Origin: Thermococcus sp.
GTDB lineage: Archaea > Methanobacteriota_B > Thermococci > Thermococcales > Thermococcaceae
DNA length: 35,383 bases
Reading direction: 5' to 3'
Assembly (NCBI GenBank): GCA_026987155.1
Contig: JALSNG010000064.1
Span: 1 to 35,383, forward strand
This document shows positions 1 to 9,295 of this stretch, one piece after another. Within the stretch, counting starts at the first letter, position 1, and every line of letters begins with the position of its first letter. The notes under the pieces are model-generated. The model searched no databases. It was not told the DNA's origin and saw only the letters and a list, made by a program, of their open reading frames with translations. Made by a program: the position numbers and the translations under genes.

Positions 1-1053
1 AACGGGCACTCGTTGCATCAGGCAAGGGGGCATGTCTCAGGAAGGTTTGTACTCGTGATGAGCGACCACGTTTATGGCGAGGAGTTTATCCGGGAAGCCC
101 TGCGGGGGAGGGGTCTTATAGCGGATAGAAAGCCGAGATGGGTGGAAGTTGGTGAGGCGACCAAGGTTAAGGTTGAAAAAGACAGGGTTGTTGAGATAGG
201 AAAATCCCTTAATGACTGGGATGCTGTCGATACGGGCTTCTTCGTGGTGGATGAGGGTATCTTCGATATAACCTCGGAACTCGAAGAAGAGAAAAACGGC
301 GACTATTCACTAAGTGAGGTGATTGGGAGGGCCCGGCTTGAGATTACCTTTCTTGACGGTCTTCCCTGGGTTGATGTGGACACACAATCTGACCTTAAAT
401 TGGCCAGGAAAATGCTCGTCTTTACGGCCGTAAAGGGAACCGGCGACGGCTTCATAAGCAGGTACCTCAACAGGAAGATTTCAACCAGGGTGAGCTACCT
501 CCTTGTGGAGAGAACCACTCCAAATGAGGTAACGTTCATTACCTTTATCCTTGGAATTCTCTCGGCTCTTTTGACGCTCCTCAGCCTTCCAGTGGCGGGG
601 ATGCTGTACCAGATCAGCTCAATCCTCGATGGCGTTGACGGCGAACTCGCGAGGGCCCAGCTCAGGGAAAGCAGGTTCGGAGGCTACATGGATTCAATCC
701 TCGATCGATACGTCGATGGGGCTTTTCTGAGCTTGCTGGCGTATTCGGCCCTGAAGGAACCCATCTGGTGGCTCGTTTCGTTCCTCGCACTCTTTGGTTC
801 GGTGATGGTGAGCTACTCGACCGAGAGGTTCAAAGCGGCGTATTGTATGGATGCTTACGGAACCATTTCAGCCCTGAGAAAACTTCCTGGAAAAAGAGAT
901 GAGCGTGTCTTTTTGACCATGCTGTTCCTTCTGTATCCTGTTGAAGTATCAGTCAGAGCTCTCTTTGTCCTGATTGCCATCGTGACGAACCTTAGGGTTG
1001 TCCTCACACTCTATTTCGTCCGCGAAAAAGTTTCGCATCCGAAAACTATTTAA
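1..1053 (+). CDS. Bifunctional IPCT/DIPPS (CTP:inositol-1-phosphate cytidylyltransferase / di-myo-inositol-phosphate-phosphate synthase), 5'-truncated by window edge
   Basis: Frame is open from base 1. Nucleotidyltransferase C-terminal half (MSDH, VDTG, WVDVDT) is followed by the CDP-alcohol phosphotransferase motif DGVDGELAR...GGYMDSILD. Directly upstream of inositol-1-P synthase. Confidence 0.9.
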   Translation, partial: NGHSLHQARGHVSGRFVLVMSDHVYGEEFIREALRGRGLIADRKPRWVEVGEATKVKVEKDRVVEIGKSLNDWDAVDTGFFVVDEGIFDITSELEEEKNGDYSLSEVIGRARLEITFLDGLPWVDVDTQSDLKLARKMLVFTAVKGTGDGFISRYLNRKISTRVSYLLVERTTPNEVTFITFILGILSALLTLLSLPVAGMLYQISSILDGVDGELARAQLRESRFGGYMDSILDRYVDGAFLSLLAYSALKEPIWWLVSFLALFGSVMVSYSTERFKAAYCMDAYGTISALRKLPGKRDERVFLTMLFLLYPVEVSVRALFVLIAIVTNLRVVLTLYFVREKVSHPKTI

Positions 1054-1091
1054 CCGATATAAAATAAGGGATACCACCGGAGGTGAAGGAG

Positions 1092-2240
1092 ATGGTTAGG
1101 GTTGTGGTACTCGGACAGGGCTACGTTGCCAGCATATTTGCAAGTGGCTTGGAGAAGATAAAAGCCGGAAAAATGGAGCCCTACGGTGTTCCACTGGCAG
1201 ACGAGCTCCCGATTAAGATTAAGGATATTGAAATTGTCGGTTCCTACGACGTTGATGCCAGCAAGGTTGGCAAGGACCTCTACGAGGTCGTCAAAGCATA
1301 TGACCCCGAAGCTCCGGAGAGCCTCAGGGGGATAACCGTCAGGAAGGGAATCCACTTGAGGAGCCTCAGGAACCTCCCGATTAAAGCGGTGGGCCTTGAG
1401 GACGATATGACGCTCAGCAAAGCTGTGGAGCACCTTGTTAACGAGTGGAAGGAACTCAAGGCGGAAGTCTTCGTTAACGTCTGCACCACGGAAGCGTTCG
1501 TGCCATTCGAGAGCAGGGAGGAGCTTGAGAAGGCTATCGCTGAAGACAACAGGGAGAGACTTACAGCCACCCAGGTCTACGCGTATGCCATTGCTAAATA
1601 CGCCAGTGAAGTCGGCGGCGCGGCCTTCGTCAACGCGATTCCAACTTTGATAGCCAACGATCCGGCGTTTGTGGAGCTCGCCAAGGAGAGCAACATGGTA
1701 ATCTTCGGCGACGACGGTGCAACCGGAGCAACGCCGCTCACAGCTGACGTACTCAGCCACCTCGCCCAGAGGAACAGGTATGTGCTCGATATAGCCCAGT
1801 TCAACATCGGTGGAAACAACGACTTCCTCGCTCTTACTGACAAAGAGCGCAACAGGAGCAAGGAATTCACCAAGAGCTCGGTCGTGAAGGACCTACTCGG
1901 CTATGATGCTCCCCATTACATTAAACCAACGGGCTTCCTTGAGCCTCTGGGGGATAAAAAGTTCATAGCGATGCACATCGAGTACGTCAGCTTTAACGGA
2001 GCGAGGGATGAGCTGGTCATAACAGGCAGGATAAACGACAGCCCAGCTTTGGCCGGCCTGCTCGTTGATTTGGTTAGGCTCGGGAAGATGGCTGTTGAAA
2101 AGAAGGCCTTTGGAACGGTTTACGAGGTAAATGCCTTCTATATGAAAAACCCTGGACCGAAGGAGGCCAAGAACATACCTCGCATCATAGCGCACGAGAA
2201 GATGAGAACCTGGGCCGGGTTAGAGCCAAGATGGCTCTGA
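1092..2240 (+). CDS. ino1: myo-inositol-1-phosphate synthase
   Basis: Rossmann motif VVVLGQGYVA, plus GDDGATGAT, NIGGNNDF, DKKF and NDSPALAG motifs. RBS GGAGGTGA precedes the ATG at 1092. Confidence 0.93.
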   Translation: MVRVVVLGQGYVASIFASGLEKIKAGKMEPYGVPLADELPIKIKDIEIVGSYDVDASKVGKDLYEVVKAYDPEAPESLRGITVRKGIHLRSLRNLPIKAVGLEDDMTLSKAVEHLVNEWKELKAEVFVNVCTTEAFVPFESREELEKAIAEDNRERLTATQVYAYAIAKYASEVGGAAFVNAIPTLIANDPAFVELAKESNMVIFGDDGATGATPLTADVLSHLAQRNRYVLDIAQFNIGGNNDFLALTDKERNRSKEFTKSSVVKDLLGYDAPHYIKPTGFLEPLGDKKFIAMHIEYVSFNGARDELVITGRINDSPALAGLLVDLVRLGKMAVEKKAFGTVYEVNAFYMKNPGPKEAKNIPRIIAHEKMRTWAGLEPRWL

Positions 2241-2291
2241 TTCTCTAAAACTTTTTAATCCCTTTTTCCTACCTTTCTTGGAGGGAAAACG

Positions 2292-2894
2292 ATGAGCTGG
2301 AAGAGGGGGGCGTATCCTGAGTACACCCTGGAGGATGTTGTGGCCGTTCTGTTCTTGCTTCAGAATCCACTGGGAAGAAAGGCTATATCTGAGACCTTGG
2401 ACCTCGGGGAGGGTAGTGTTAGAACTCTTTTGAGGAAGCTGTTGTGGGGGAGCCTTATACGCTCAGCCCGTAGGGGGCACTCCCTCACAGGGGAGGGAAG
2501 GAGCATCGTTGAGAGACTCTCAAAGCATTTTTCAGAGGTTCGGAAAGTGGGGGATGTTGAAGGTTACCCGGCGTATGCCCTTTTAATTAGAAACCCGCCG
2601 GACTTCAATAGTCTTGAACTAAGGGATGAGGCAATAAGGTTCTTTGCCAAGGGGGCCATGATTCTTCTCGTGAAGGGTGGAGAACCCGTTTTTCCCGAAG
2701 ATGGGAGGCCGTTACGGGAGACGATGCCCGAGTTAGCCGAGAGTCTCGGGAGGTTCTTCCGGTTCAGTGAGGGTGATCTGGTGGTAGTGACCTGGGCGGA
2801 GAAAGAAGGACACGCGATAAAAAGCGCCTATCATGTGGCATTGACCCTCAAGGGTAATGAGATGCCGGAGGAGATAAAGTCCCTCGTGAGGTGA
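2292..2894 (+). CDS. Winged-HTH protein (DUF2111/DUF4443-like), putative transcription regulator
   Basis: N-terminal wHTH (GRKAISETLDLGEGSVRTLLRKL...GHSLT). GGAGG RBS. First gene of a tightly coupled run with pyrF. Confidence 0.7.
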   Translation: MSWKRGAYPEYTLEDVVAVLFLLQNPLGRKAISETLDLGEGSVRTLLRKLLWGSLIRSARRGHSLTGEGRSIVERLSKHFSEVRKVGDVEGYPAYALLIRNPPDFNSLELRDEAIRFFAKGAMILLVKGGEPVFPEDGRPLRETMPELAESLGRFFRFSEGDLVVVTWAEKEGHAIKSAYHVALTLKGNEMPEEIKSLVR

Positions 2895-2898
2895 AGCC

Positions 2899-3531
2899 AT
2901 GAAGAGACTCATACTGGCGCTTGATGTGTACGAACGGGAAAGGGCACTTGAGATAGCGGAACAAACGGCGGAATACCTCTGGGCTGTTAAGGTGAACTGG
3001 CCGCTGATAATCGGCTCCGGCTTGAATGTCATAACTGAAATCAAGCAGGTTACCGGGCTGCCGGTAATAGCGGACCTCAAACTGGCCGATATCCCCAACA
3101 CCAATCGGATGATAGCGGGCAGGGTTTTCAAAGCTGGCGCCGACTACATAATCGTTCATGGTTTCGTTGGGAGCGACAGCGTTAAAGCCGCTATGGAGCT
3201 CGGAAGGACGATAATGGTCGTTGAAATGAGTCATCCCGGTGCAAAGGAGTTCATTCAGCCGGTGACCGACGGATTGATCAAACTGGCCAACGAACTTGGG
3301 CCATTTGGTGTCATCGCGCCTGCAACGCGGCCGGAGCGCGTAGCCTATATCCGTTCGAAGCTGAAGCCGGAAATTAGAATCCTGAGTCCAGGCGTGGGTG
3401 CTCAGGGTGGAAAAGTGAGGGACGTTTTAAGGGCGGGGGCGGACTATATAATAGTCGGCCGCTCAATCTACGCGAGCAGGAACCCGCGTGAGAGCGCAAG
3501 GATGATTCATGATGAAGCCATGGGGGCGTGA
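2899..3531 (+). CDS. pyrF: Orotidine 5'-phosphate decarboxylase
   Basis: LILALD, catalytic DLKLADIPNT, PGVGAQGG and IVGRSIY motifs. Confidence 0.96.
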   Translation: MKRLILALDVYERERALEIAEQTAEYLWAVKVNWPLIIGSGLNVITEIKQVTGLPVIADLKLADIPNTNRMIAGRVFKAGADYIIVHGFVGSDSVKAAMELGRTIMVVEMSHPGAKEFIQPVTDGLIKLANELGPFGVIAPATRPERVAYIRSKLKPEIRILSPGVGAQGGKVRDVLRAGADYIIVGRSIYASRNPRESARMIHDEAMGA

Positions 3532-3533
3532 CT

Positions 3534-4052
3534 ATGGAGCTGAAGGTAAAGCACCCCCTCAGTAAGAAGGAAGTGAAGGAGATAATCCATGAGATGGGGG
3601 AAATCTTCGGTGATGAGATAGCGAAAAAGATGCTGAATAAAAAGGACCGGGTTGAGGTAGCTGAATTCGACAAAACCACAGAGATACTACTGGTTAACGG
3701 CAAGCCTTTCTTTATCAGAAGAAGGGGCCTCGTCTTTCCCCTGGTCATAGCACTCTATGAGCTCTCCAACGAAGAAGACCTGAGAAAGTGGCCGAGGAGG
3801 GTCGTGGTGGATGCCGGTGCCGTGCCATTCGTTATAAAGGGAGCCGATGTCATGGCTGCGGGAATAGTCGACGCCGATGAGAACATTGGGGAGGGCGACT
3901 TCGTCTTTGTGATCGAAGAGGAGTATGGAAGGCCTCTCGCCATAGGGGTTGCGCTTATGACGGGTAAGGCTATGAAGGAGAAGCCCAAGGGGAAGGCTGT
4001 GAAAAACATCCACCACGCCAAGGACAGAATATGGGAGCTGACGGTGGGTTGA
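3534..4052 (+). CDS. PUA-domain RNA-binding protein (DUF1947/Pre-PUA + PUA; MCT-1/Tma20-like)
   Basis: PUA signature [22 protein letters not shown]...LAIG, with C-terminal IHHAKDRIW. Confidence 0.85.
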   Translation: MELKVKHPLSKKEVKEIIHEMGEIFGDEIAKKMLNKKDRVEVAEFDKTTEILLVNGKPFFIRRRGLVFPLVIALYELSNEEDLRKWPRRVVVDAGAVPFVIKGADVMAAGIVDADENIGEGDFVFVIEEEYGRPLAIGVALMTGKAMKEKPKGKAVKNIHHAKDRIWELTVG

Positions 4053-4053
4053 A

Positions 4054-4509
4054 ATGGGGAAAAGCGGGGAGGGGAGGAAAATCCGGGTCCTTGTCGGGGG
4101 GGTCTTTGATATTCTCCATGTTGGCCACGTTCACTTTTTAAGGCAGGCGAAAGAACTGGGCGATGAGCTTGTGGTTATAGTGGCCCACGACGAGACAGTC
4201 CGGAGACAGAAGCGAAGGGAGCCCTTAAATTCCGCGGAGGAGCGGGCGGAGCTCTTGAGTGCCATAAAATACGTCGATAGGGTTTACATAGGTACCCCCG
4301 GGACCATAGATTTTGAGCTCGTAAAGCGCATAGATCCCGATGTGATAGCCATAGGCCCCGACCAGAAGTTCAGTTGCGAGAGGCTAAAAGAAGAACTCAA
4401 AAGGTACGGTATAAATGCGGAGGTAATCCGCATACCTTATCTCTACAAGAAGGATAGGGCAAAGACCAGCAAAATAATCCAAAGGATAATAGAGACGTAC
4501 TGTGAGTAA
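4054..4509 (+). CDS. ribL: Archaeal FAD synthase (cytidylyltransferase superfamily)
   Basis: [10 protein letters not shown] (HxGH), [16 protein letters not shown] and TSKII motifs; 151 aa. Confidence 0.82.
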   Translation: MGKSGEGRKIRVLVGGVFDILHVGHVHFLRQAKELGDELVVIVAHDETVRRQKRREPLNSAEERAELLSAIKYVDRVYIGTPGTIDFELVKRIDPDVIAIGPDQKFSCERLKEELKRYGINAEVIRIPYLYKKDRAKTSKIIQRIIETYCE

Positions 4510-4548
4510 TGTTTATTTGACCTCCTGATTTAATCCCCTGGATTAACG

Positions 4549-4869
4549 TTAAGGTTTAAACTTTGAAAGGTACTCCCTTAGGAAGTCTGGATCTTCTCTC
4601 TTGACGGCCTCCATCAATTCACGGAGCTTTTTTTCACCTATGGCCAATCGGAGATAGTAATAGAGATTGACGGCGTCTTCTACAATTATGCTCTGTCTTC
4701 GTCCCTCTTCTCCGTAGAGTTCTATGAGTTTCCTGTTCATATCCCTGCTTATATACAGCGTCTTCTGCATTTTTTCTTTTTTGGCAACTTTTTCCTCCTT
4801 TTTCTTTGAGGGCTTTGTGAGGTCATTAACGGAACCGTCAAAGAGCTTGGGGAGCTTACCCCTCGACAA
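4549..4869 (-). CDS. Ribbon-helix-helix DNA-binding protein, ParG/SegB-like partner of ParA
   Basis: Basic disordered N-tail, then RHH pattern QKTLYISRDMNRKL...RQSIIVEDAVNLY. Overlaps the 3' end of parA. TTG start at 4869 behind a GAGGTGA RBS. Confidence 0.7.
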   Translation of the reverse strand: MSRGKLPKLFDGSVNDLTKPSKKKEEKVAKKEKMQKTLYISRDMNRKLIELYGEEGRRQSIIVEDAVNLYYYLRLAIGEKKLRELMEAVKREDPDFLREYLSKFKP

Positions 4870-5626
4870 TCTCAATCACCTCTCTCGTCAGTTTTGAAAA
4901 AGCCTTTGAGGCCCGACTCTTTCCGTCGAATTCGAATATGCTTATGCCCTGACTCTGGGCCTTTTCGAGTGCTATTGCCCGGGGTATCGTGGTTAGTATT
5001 GGGGCATCCGGGTAGGCCTCTTTTAGCTCCTTTAGGCGCATCTTTGGGACTTTGGTCTGGCGAGTAAATTTGTTGGGTACGAGGCCAAGGAGCTTTAAGT
5101 TCTCGTTGGTCTCCTCCCGGATCATACGCATCAGGTTGAACATCAGTTGCATCCCTATTACTCCAAAGTAACTGAGTTCCAGTGGAATTATTACGTAGTC
5201 CGATGCCGTCATGGAGTTGACGAGGAAAATGCCCATACTCGGTGGATTGTCTATTAGCACGTAATCGTAATCCGGTAGAATCGGCAGAAGCGCTTTTTCA
5301 AGACGCCTCTCGCGGTTGTATGCGTTTATTATTTCGATTTCCCTCGCAGATAGGTTTAAATGGCTCGGGATCAGGTGAAGGTTTTCTCTAACCGGGATTA
5401 TGGAATCCTCCACTTCGCTCTCACGCGTCATTACGGTCCCCACGTTCTTATCGGCGTATTTGAGAACGTCCATCCCAATTAGGGCGAAAGTAAGGTTGAA
5501 CTGCGGATCTATGTCAACGAGCAGGACTCTCTTTCCAGCCTCTGCCAGACCATAACCCAGGTTTAAAGTGAGGGTTGTTTTTCCTACTCCCCCTTTCTGG
5601 TTGGCTATACTGATGACCACTGCCAT
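4856..5626 (-). CDS. ParA/Soj-family ATPase
   Basis: Deviant Walker A NQKGGVGKTT, A' VDIDPQFN, Walker B YVLIDNPP. Confidence 0.93.
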   Translation of the reverse strand: MAVVISIANQKGGVGKTTLTLNLGYGLAEAGKRVLLVDIDPQFNLTFALIGMDVLKYADKNVGTVMTRESEVEDSIIPVRENLHLIPSHLNLSAREIEIINAYNRERRLEKALLPILPDYDYVLIDNPPSMGIFLVNSMTASDYVIIPLELSYFGVIGMQLMFNLMRMIREETNENLKLLGLVPNKFTRQTKVPKMRLKELKEAYPDAPILTTIPRAIALEKAQSQGISIFEFDGKSRASKAFSKLTREVIEIVEG

Positions 5627-5657
5627 AAGAATCCACCCAATATGTTAAAGAGAAAAA

Positions 5658-6896
5658 TTAGCTCATGTCCACGAAGTCGTCGAATATCCTGAGGGCCCGT
5701 GGGGACGGCCCTCTTCGTTCCTGTCTTGCGATTGTGTTGTAAATCTTGTCATCGGAGTGTCTTGAAGCAAAACTTCTTGAGGGCTCTATTATGTTGCTCT
5801 TGAAGTTTTCGCCAACCTGAAGTGCCTCAGCGCCCCCGAGGATGTTGGGGCTCTTAACGCCGGTCATTATGACCATAGCCCTGACGACCTTTCCCATGTC
5901 TTCGTCTATCCTTGCCCCCCACTTGATTTCACTCTTTTCCCCGAGTCTCTCGTAAACGATGTCCATGGCGTTGCTTATCTCCCCGAGGCTGACGTCAGGC
6001 CCAACGGTGAAATGCACCAGGGCCTTTTCTCCGCTGGCGTACTCCACGTCGAGCATCTTGTTTTCGAGGGCGTTCTTTATCGCGTCAGAGGCCCTGTTGC
6101 TTGAGTCGCTTTCCCCAATACCTATAAGGGCCGCACCGCCGTTGTGCATAACGCTGTAAACATCCGCAAAATCTATGTTCACCATGGAGGGAAGTTTTAT
6201 CGTTTCAGTGAGTCCCTTTACCATTCTTGCTATTATCTCATCGGCGAAACGGAAAGCGGCGTTTATCGGAAGCTTTGGCACGAGTTTAAGGAGCTTGTCG
6301 TTTTCGATTATGATAACGGTGTCCGAGTAGTACATGAGTGCCTTTATTCCTGCTTTGGCCTTTTCTATCCGTACCTTCCCTTCGTTCCGAAACGGAAAAG
6401 TGACGACACTTACAACGAGGGGTTCTCTAAAGCGTCCGTTGTGTCTGGCGCGCTCTTTGACTACCTTGGCAACTACCGGCGCGGCTCCAGTACCGGTGCC
6501 GTTGCCCATGCCGGCCGTTATGAAGACGAGATCTGCATCGCCGATGGTCTCGGCTATCTCATGGGCACTTGCCTCGGCCGCGCGGTAACCTATCTCCGGA
6601 TCTCCGCCGGAGCCCTTTCCCTGGGTTATCTCCTTACCTAAGAGAAGTTTTCTATGGGCTTTGGTCCGGGAGAGATGCTGGGCATCTGTGTTCATTGCGA
6701 TGAGCTCGGCCCCCTGAACTCCGAGTTCGTAAAGTCTTGTTATGGTGTTGTTACCAGAACCACCAACTCCGACGATCACGATTTTTATCAGGTCTTCAAG
6801 ATCTTCTCCATCAAAACCAACGAAGGAGTCTTTCTTTGGCTTTTCATCGTCGAGATCAATGTTTATTCCCGCCTGTTCGAGTAACTTAAACACCAT
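5658..6896 (-). CDS. ftsZ: Cell division protein FtsZ (FtsZ2-type from cdrS linkage)
   Basis: VGVGGSGNN, tubulin signature [11 protein letters not shown]7 loop NIDFADV. Confidence 0.95.
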   Translation of the reverse strand: MVFKLLEQAGINIDLDDEKPKKDSFVGFDGEDLEDLIKIVIVGVGGSGNNTITRLYELGVQGAELIAMNTDAQHLSRTKAHRKLLLGKEITQGKGSGGDPEIGYRAAEASAHEIAETIGDADLVFITAGMGNGTGTGAAPVVAKVVKERARHNGRFREPLVVSVVTFPFRNEGKVRIEKAKAGIKALMYYSDTVIIIENDKLLKLVPKLPINAAFRFADEIIARMVKGLTETIKLPSMVNIDFADVYSVMHNGGAALIGIGESDSSNRASDAIKNALENKMLDVEYASGEKALVHFTVGPDVSLGEISNAMDIVYERLGEKSEIKWGARIDEDMGKVVRAMVIMTGVKSPNILGGAEALQVGENFKSNIIEPSRSFASRHSDDKIYNTIARQERRGPSPRALRIFDDFVDMS

Positions 6897-6964
6897 GGCC
6901 CCAACCCCCTAATACCACACGGGCTTATTATGAGCTTTTGATTTTAGGGCTTATTTTACCCGTC

Positions 6965-7156
6965 TTATTTCATCACGTATTCTGGAGTCGAGCGTTCATT
7001 GCTTTCGAGCTGGTATAACTCCCTTTTGAGAAGCTCCCTTATAGCTGTCCTGATGATTTCGCTCCTGTTGGGATAAATCCCCTGTTTAACCAGCTGATCC
7101 ATGGCCTTTATAAGTCCCTGGGGGAGCTGTACACTGATAATTTTCATCTTGGTCAT
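6965..7156 (-). CDS. cdrS: Ribbon-helix-helix cell-division regulator CdrS
   Basis: 63-aa RHH (IISVQLP...YPNRSEIIRTAIRELL) immediately upstream of ftsZ, the conserved euryarchaeal cdrS-ftsZ2 arrangement. Confidence 0.85.
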   Translation of the reverse strand: MTKMKIISVQLPQGLIKAMDQLVKQGIYPNRSEIIRTAIRELLKRELYQLESNERSTPEYVMK

Positions 7157-7376
7157 TGATGTACCACCCGTGGGAGCAAGCCGCTGAAGTAGTGATTAAT
7201 TTAATTAGTTAAATACTTTGCGGGTCAAGATTAATATTAGCATATTATTTTTTCCAAAAATTTTTTAAGATTTCTTGGTTGTAGGACATTTTTTTAACAA
7301 TGCTCCCAACCATGCATTGGGATGCTTTAAGGTTTTTAAATGTTCGAGCTCTGGCTCTCATTGGGGTGCCGTTGCC

Positions 7377-7766
7377 TTGGTGGTTGTGAAGAGAGTTATG
7401 GTTCACGCTCCAGGGGATCTCATTCCTCATCTGGGAGAAAAGTTTCAGCTTGTTTCAGCGGACTGCATTGAAGAGGTCCTCTTCGCCTCGTTATTGAGTT
7501 TGAGGTCATTTGAGAGGGGGACTAACAGGGCAAAAACACTCGGGGGAGAGTTGCTTCTCAGGCTCGCTGGAACACATCAGATTTCAGAGGCCATTCGACT
7601 TCGTGGGGTTAAAGTCGGTCCCCACTATCTCGTTGTTTTTGGGGGTGAGGAGGAGGCCAGGACCTTCATAGAACGGTTCGGGTTGGAGGAGCTGCCTCCC
7701 GAGCACTGCGAAGGAAAAATCCTCAAACCCCTCATGGAGAAAGCTGCTCTCGTTGAGACCATCTAA
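7377..7766 (+). CDS. cgi121: KEOPS complex subunit Cgi121
   Basis: NRAKTLGGELLLRLAGTHQISEAI...GVK and terminal MEKAALVE. Start is uncertain; TTG 7377 behind GGGGTG was preferred over 7275. Confidence 0.85.
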   Translation: MVVVKRVMVHAPGDLIPHLGEKFQLVSADCIEEVLFASLLSLRSFERGTNRAKTLGGELLLRLAGTHQISEAIRLRGVKVGPHYLVVFGGEEEARTFIERFGLEELPPEHCEGKILKPLMEKAALVETI

Positions 7767-7830
7767 CCATAGGTTCGGGATATCTTTATAAAAGACCCTC
7801 CCTCAACATTGAGCCGTCAGGGTGATGCTC

Positions 7831-9009
7831 ATGAGATACAGGAAAAGGAAATATTTCCTCGCAGGAAGGATAAACCTCATCCAGCGTTCCAAGATAAGGG
7901 AGCTGTTTGAGAAGGCCTCCAAGATGGAGGATGTGATATCTCTTGGAATAGGGGAGCCTGATTTTGATACTCCCGAGGTTGTTAAAGAAGCGGCAAAACG
8001 AGCCCTTGATGAGGGCTACACTCACTACACCCCCAATGCGGGTATTCCCGAGTTCAGAGAGGCTATAGCAGAGTATTACCGTGATTTTTATCGGATCAAC
8101 GTGGATCCGTCAAACATAATAGTTACCGCGGGTGCCTACGAGGCCACCTATCTCGCGTTTCAATCCCTGTTAGAAGGGGGGGACGACGTCATAATCCCCG
8201 ACCCCGCTTTTGTTTGTTATGTGGAGGACGCTAAGATTGCAGAGGCGGGTATCCTAAGGATACCCCTTAGGGCTGAAAACAAGTTCAGATTGGATCCGGA
8301 TGAGCTCGTGGAAATGATCACTAAAAGGACAAGGATGCTCGTTATGAACTATCCAAACAATCCCACGGGAGCGGTTCTTGATAAGAAAACTGCGAGGGCC
8401 ATAGGTGAGATAGCCGAGGACTACAATTTGTACATCCTCAGCGATGAGCCTTACGAACACTTTCTCTACGAGGGAGCAAGGCATTACCCCATGATAAAAT
8501 ACGCCCCAGACAACACGATACTCGCCAACAGCTTTTCGAAGAGTTTTGCCATGACTGGGTGGAGGTTGGGGTTCACCATAGCCCCTGAGCAGGTTATAAG
8601 GGACATGATAAAACTCCACGCCTACGTTATTGGGAACGTTACTTCTTTTGTCCAGATTGCAGGCATAACTGCCCTTAGAGACAAGAGGAGCTGGCAGGCC
8701 CTCGAAAGGATGAGGAGAACGTACGATGAAAGGAGAAAGCTCGTGATGAAGTATCTCTCCAAAATGCCTCATGTGGAGCCATTTAGGCCAAAGGGGGCCT
8801 TCTACATTTGGGTAAAGATCGACCCTGAGCTTGACATGACGAGCGAGGATTTTGCCGGCTGGTTACTCGAAAACGCGGGGGTAGTTGTTATCCCGGGAAC
8901 CGCCTTCGGCAAACAGGGTGAGGGCTGGATCAGAATAAGCTATGCCACCAAAAAGGAGCAGCTTGTGGAAGCGATGGAAAGGATGCACTCTGCACTTTCA
9001 AGGCTATAA
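7831..9009 (+). CDS. PLP-dependent class I/II aminotransferase (aspartate/aromatic type)
   Basis: ISLGIGEPDF, NYPNNPTG, SDEPY, and PLP lysine motif SFSKSFAMTGWRLG. Confidence 0.93.
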   Translation: MRYRKRKYFLAGRINLIQRSKIRELFEKASKMEDVISLGIGEPDFDTPEVVKEAAKRALDEGYTHYTPNAGIPEFREAIAEYYRDFYRINVDPSNIIVTAGAYEATYLAFQSLLEGGDDVIIPDPAFVCYVEDAKIAEAGILRIPLRAENKFRLDPDELVEMITKRTRMLVMNYPNNPTGAVLDKKTARAIGEIAEDYNLYILSDEPYEHFLYEGARHYPMIKYAPDNTILANSFSKSFAMTGWRLGFTIAPEQVIRDMIKLHAYVIGNVTSFVQIAGITALRDKRSWQALERMRRTYDERRKLVMKYLSKMPHVEPFRPKGAFYIWVKIDPELDMTSEDFAGWLLENAGVVVIPGTAFGKQGEGWIRISYATKKEQLVEAMERMHSALSRL

Positions 9010-9018
9010 GGTGATACC

Positions 9019-9282
9019 ATGGAAGGAATGCTTGCGGTGTTCTTTGCGGTCTTCATAGCCGAGCTTGGGGACAAGACCCAACTCACGACTATGGCTTTTG
9101 CATCTAAGTACGGTTGGCTTAAAGCCTTCTCCGGAGCCATAATTGCTCTTGCCGTAGTTAACTTGCTCGGAGCCGTTATAGGTGATAAACTCGGTGATCT
9201 TTTGCCCGCGGATGTTGTTCACAAGTTTGCGGGTCTTCTCTTCATTGTTTTTGGCATTCTAATGATGTCTGGAAAACTCTAA
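9019..9282 (+). CDS. GDT1/TMEM165 (UPF0016) family cation (Mn2+/Ca2+) transporter, single-repeat form
   Basis: Signature AELGDKTQL; three hydrophobic segments; 87 aa. Confidence 0.88.
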   Translation: MEGMLAVFFAVFIAELGDKTQLTTMAFASKYGWLKAFSGAIIALAVVNLLGAVIGDKLGDLLPADVVHKFAGLLFIVFGILMMSGKL

Positions 9283-9295
9283 AGGGGTGGTTGTC

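Noticed and set aside
1050-1760. 236-aa minus-strand ORF, and the many other antisense or alternate-frame ORFs in the track
   Set aside because: They are shadows of well-supported genes and have no recognisable motifs or RBS.
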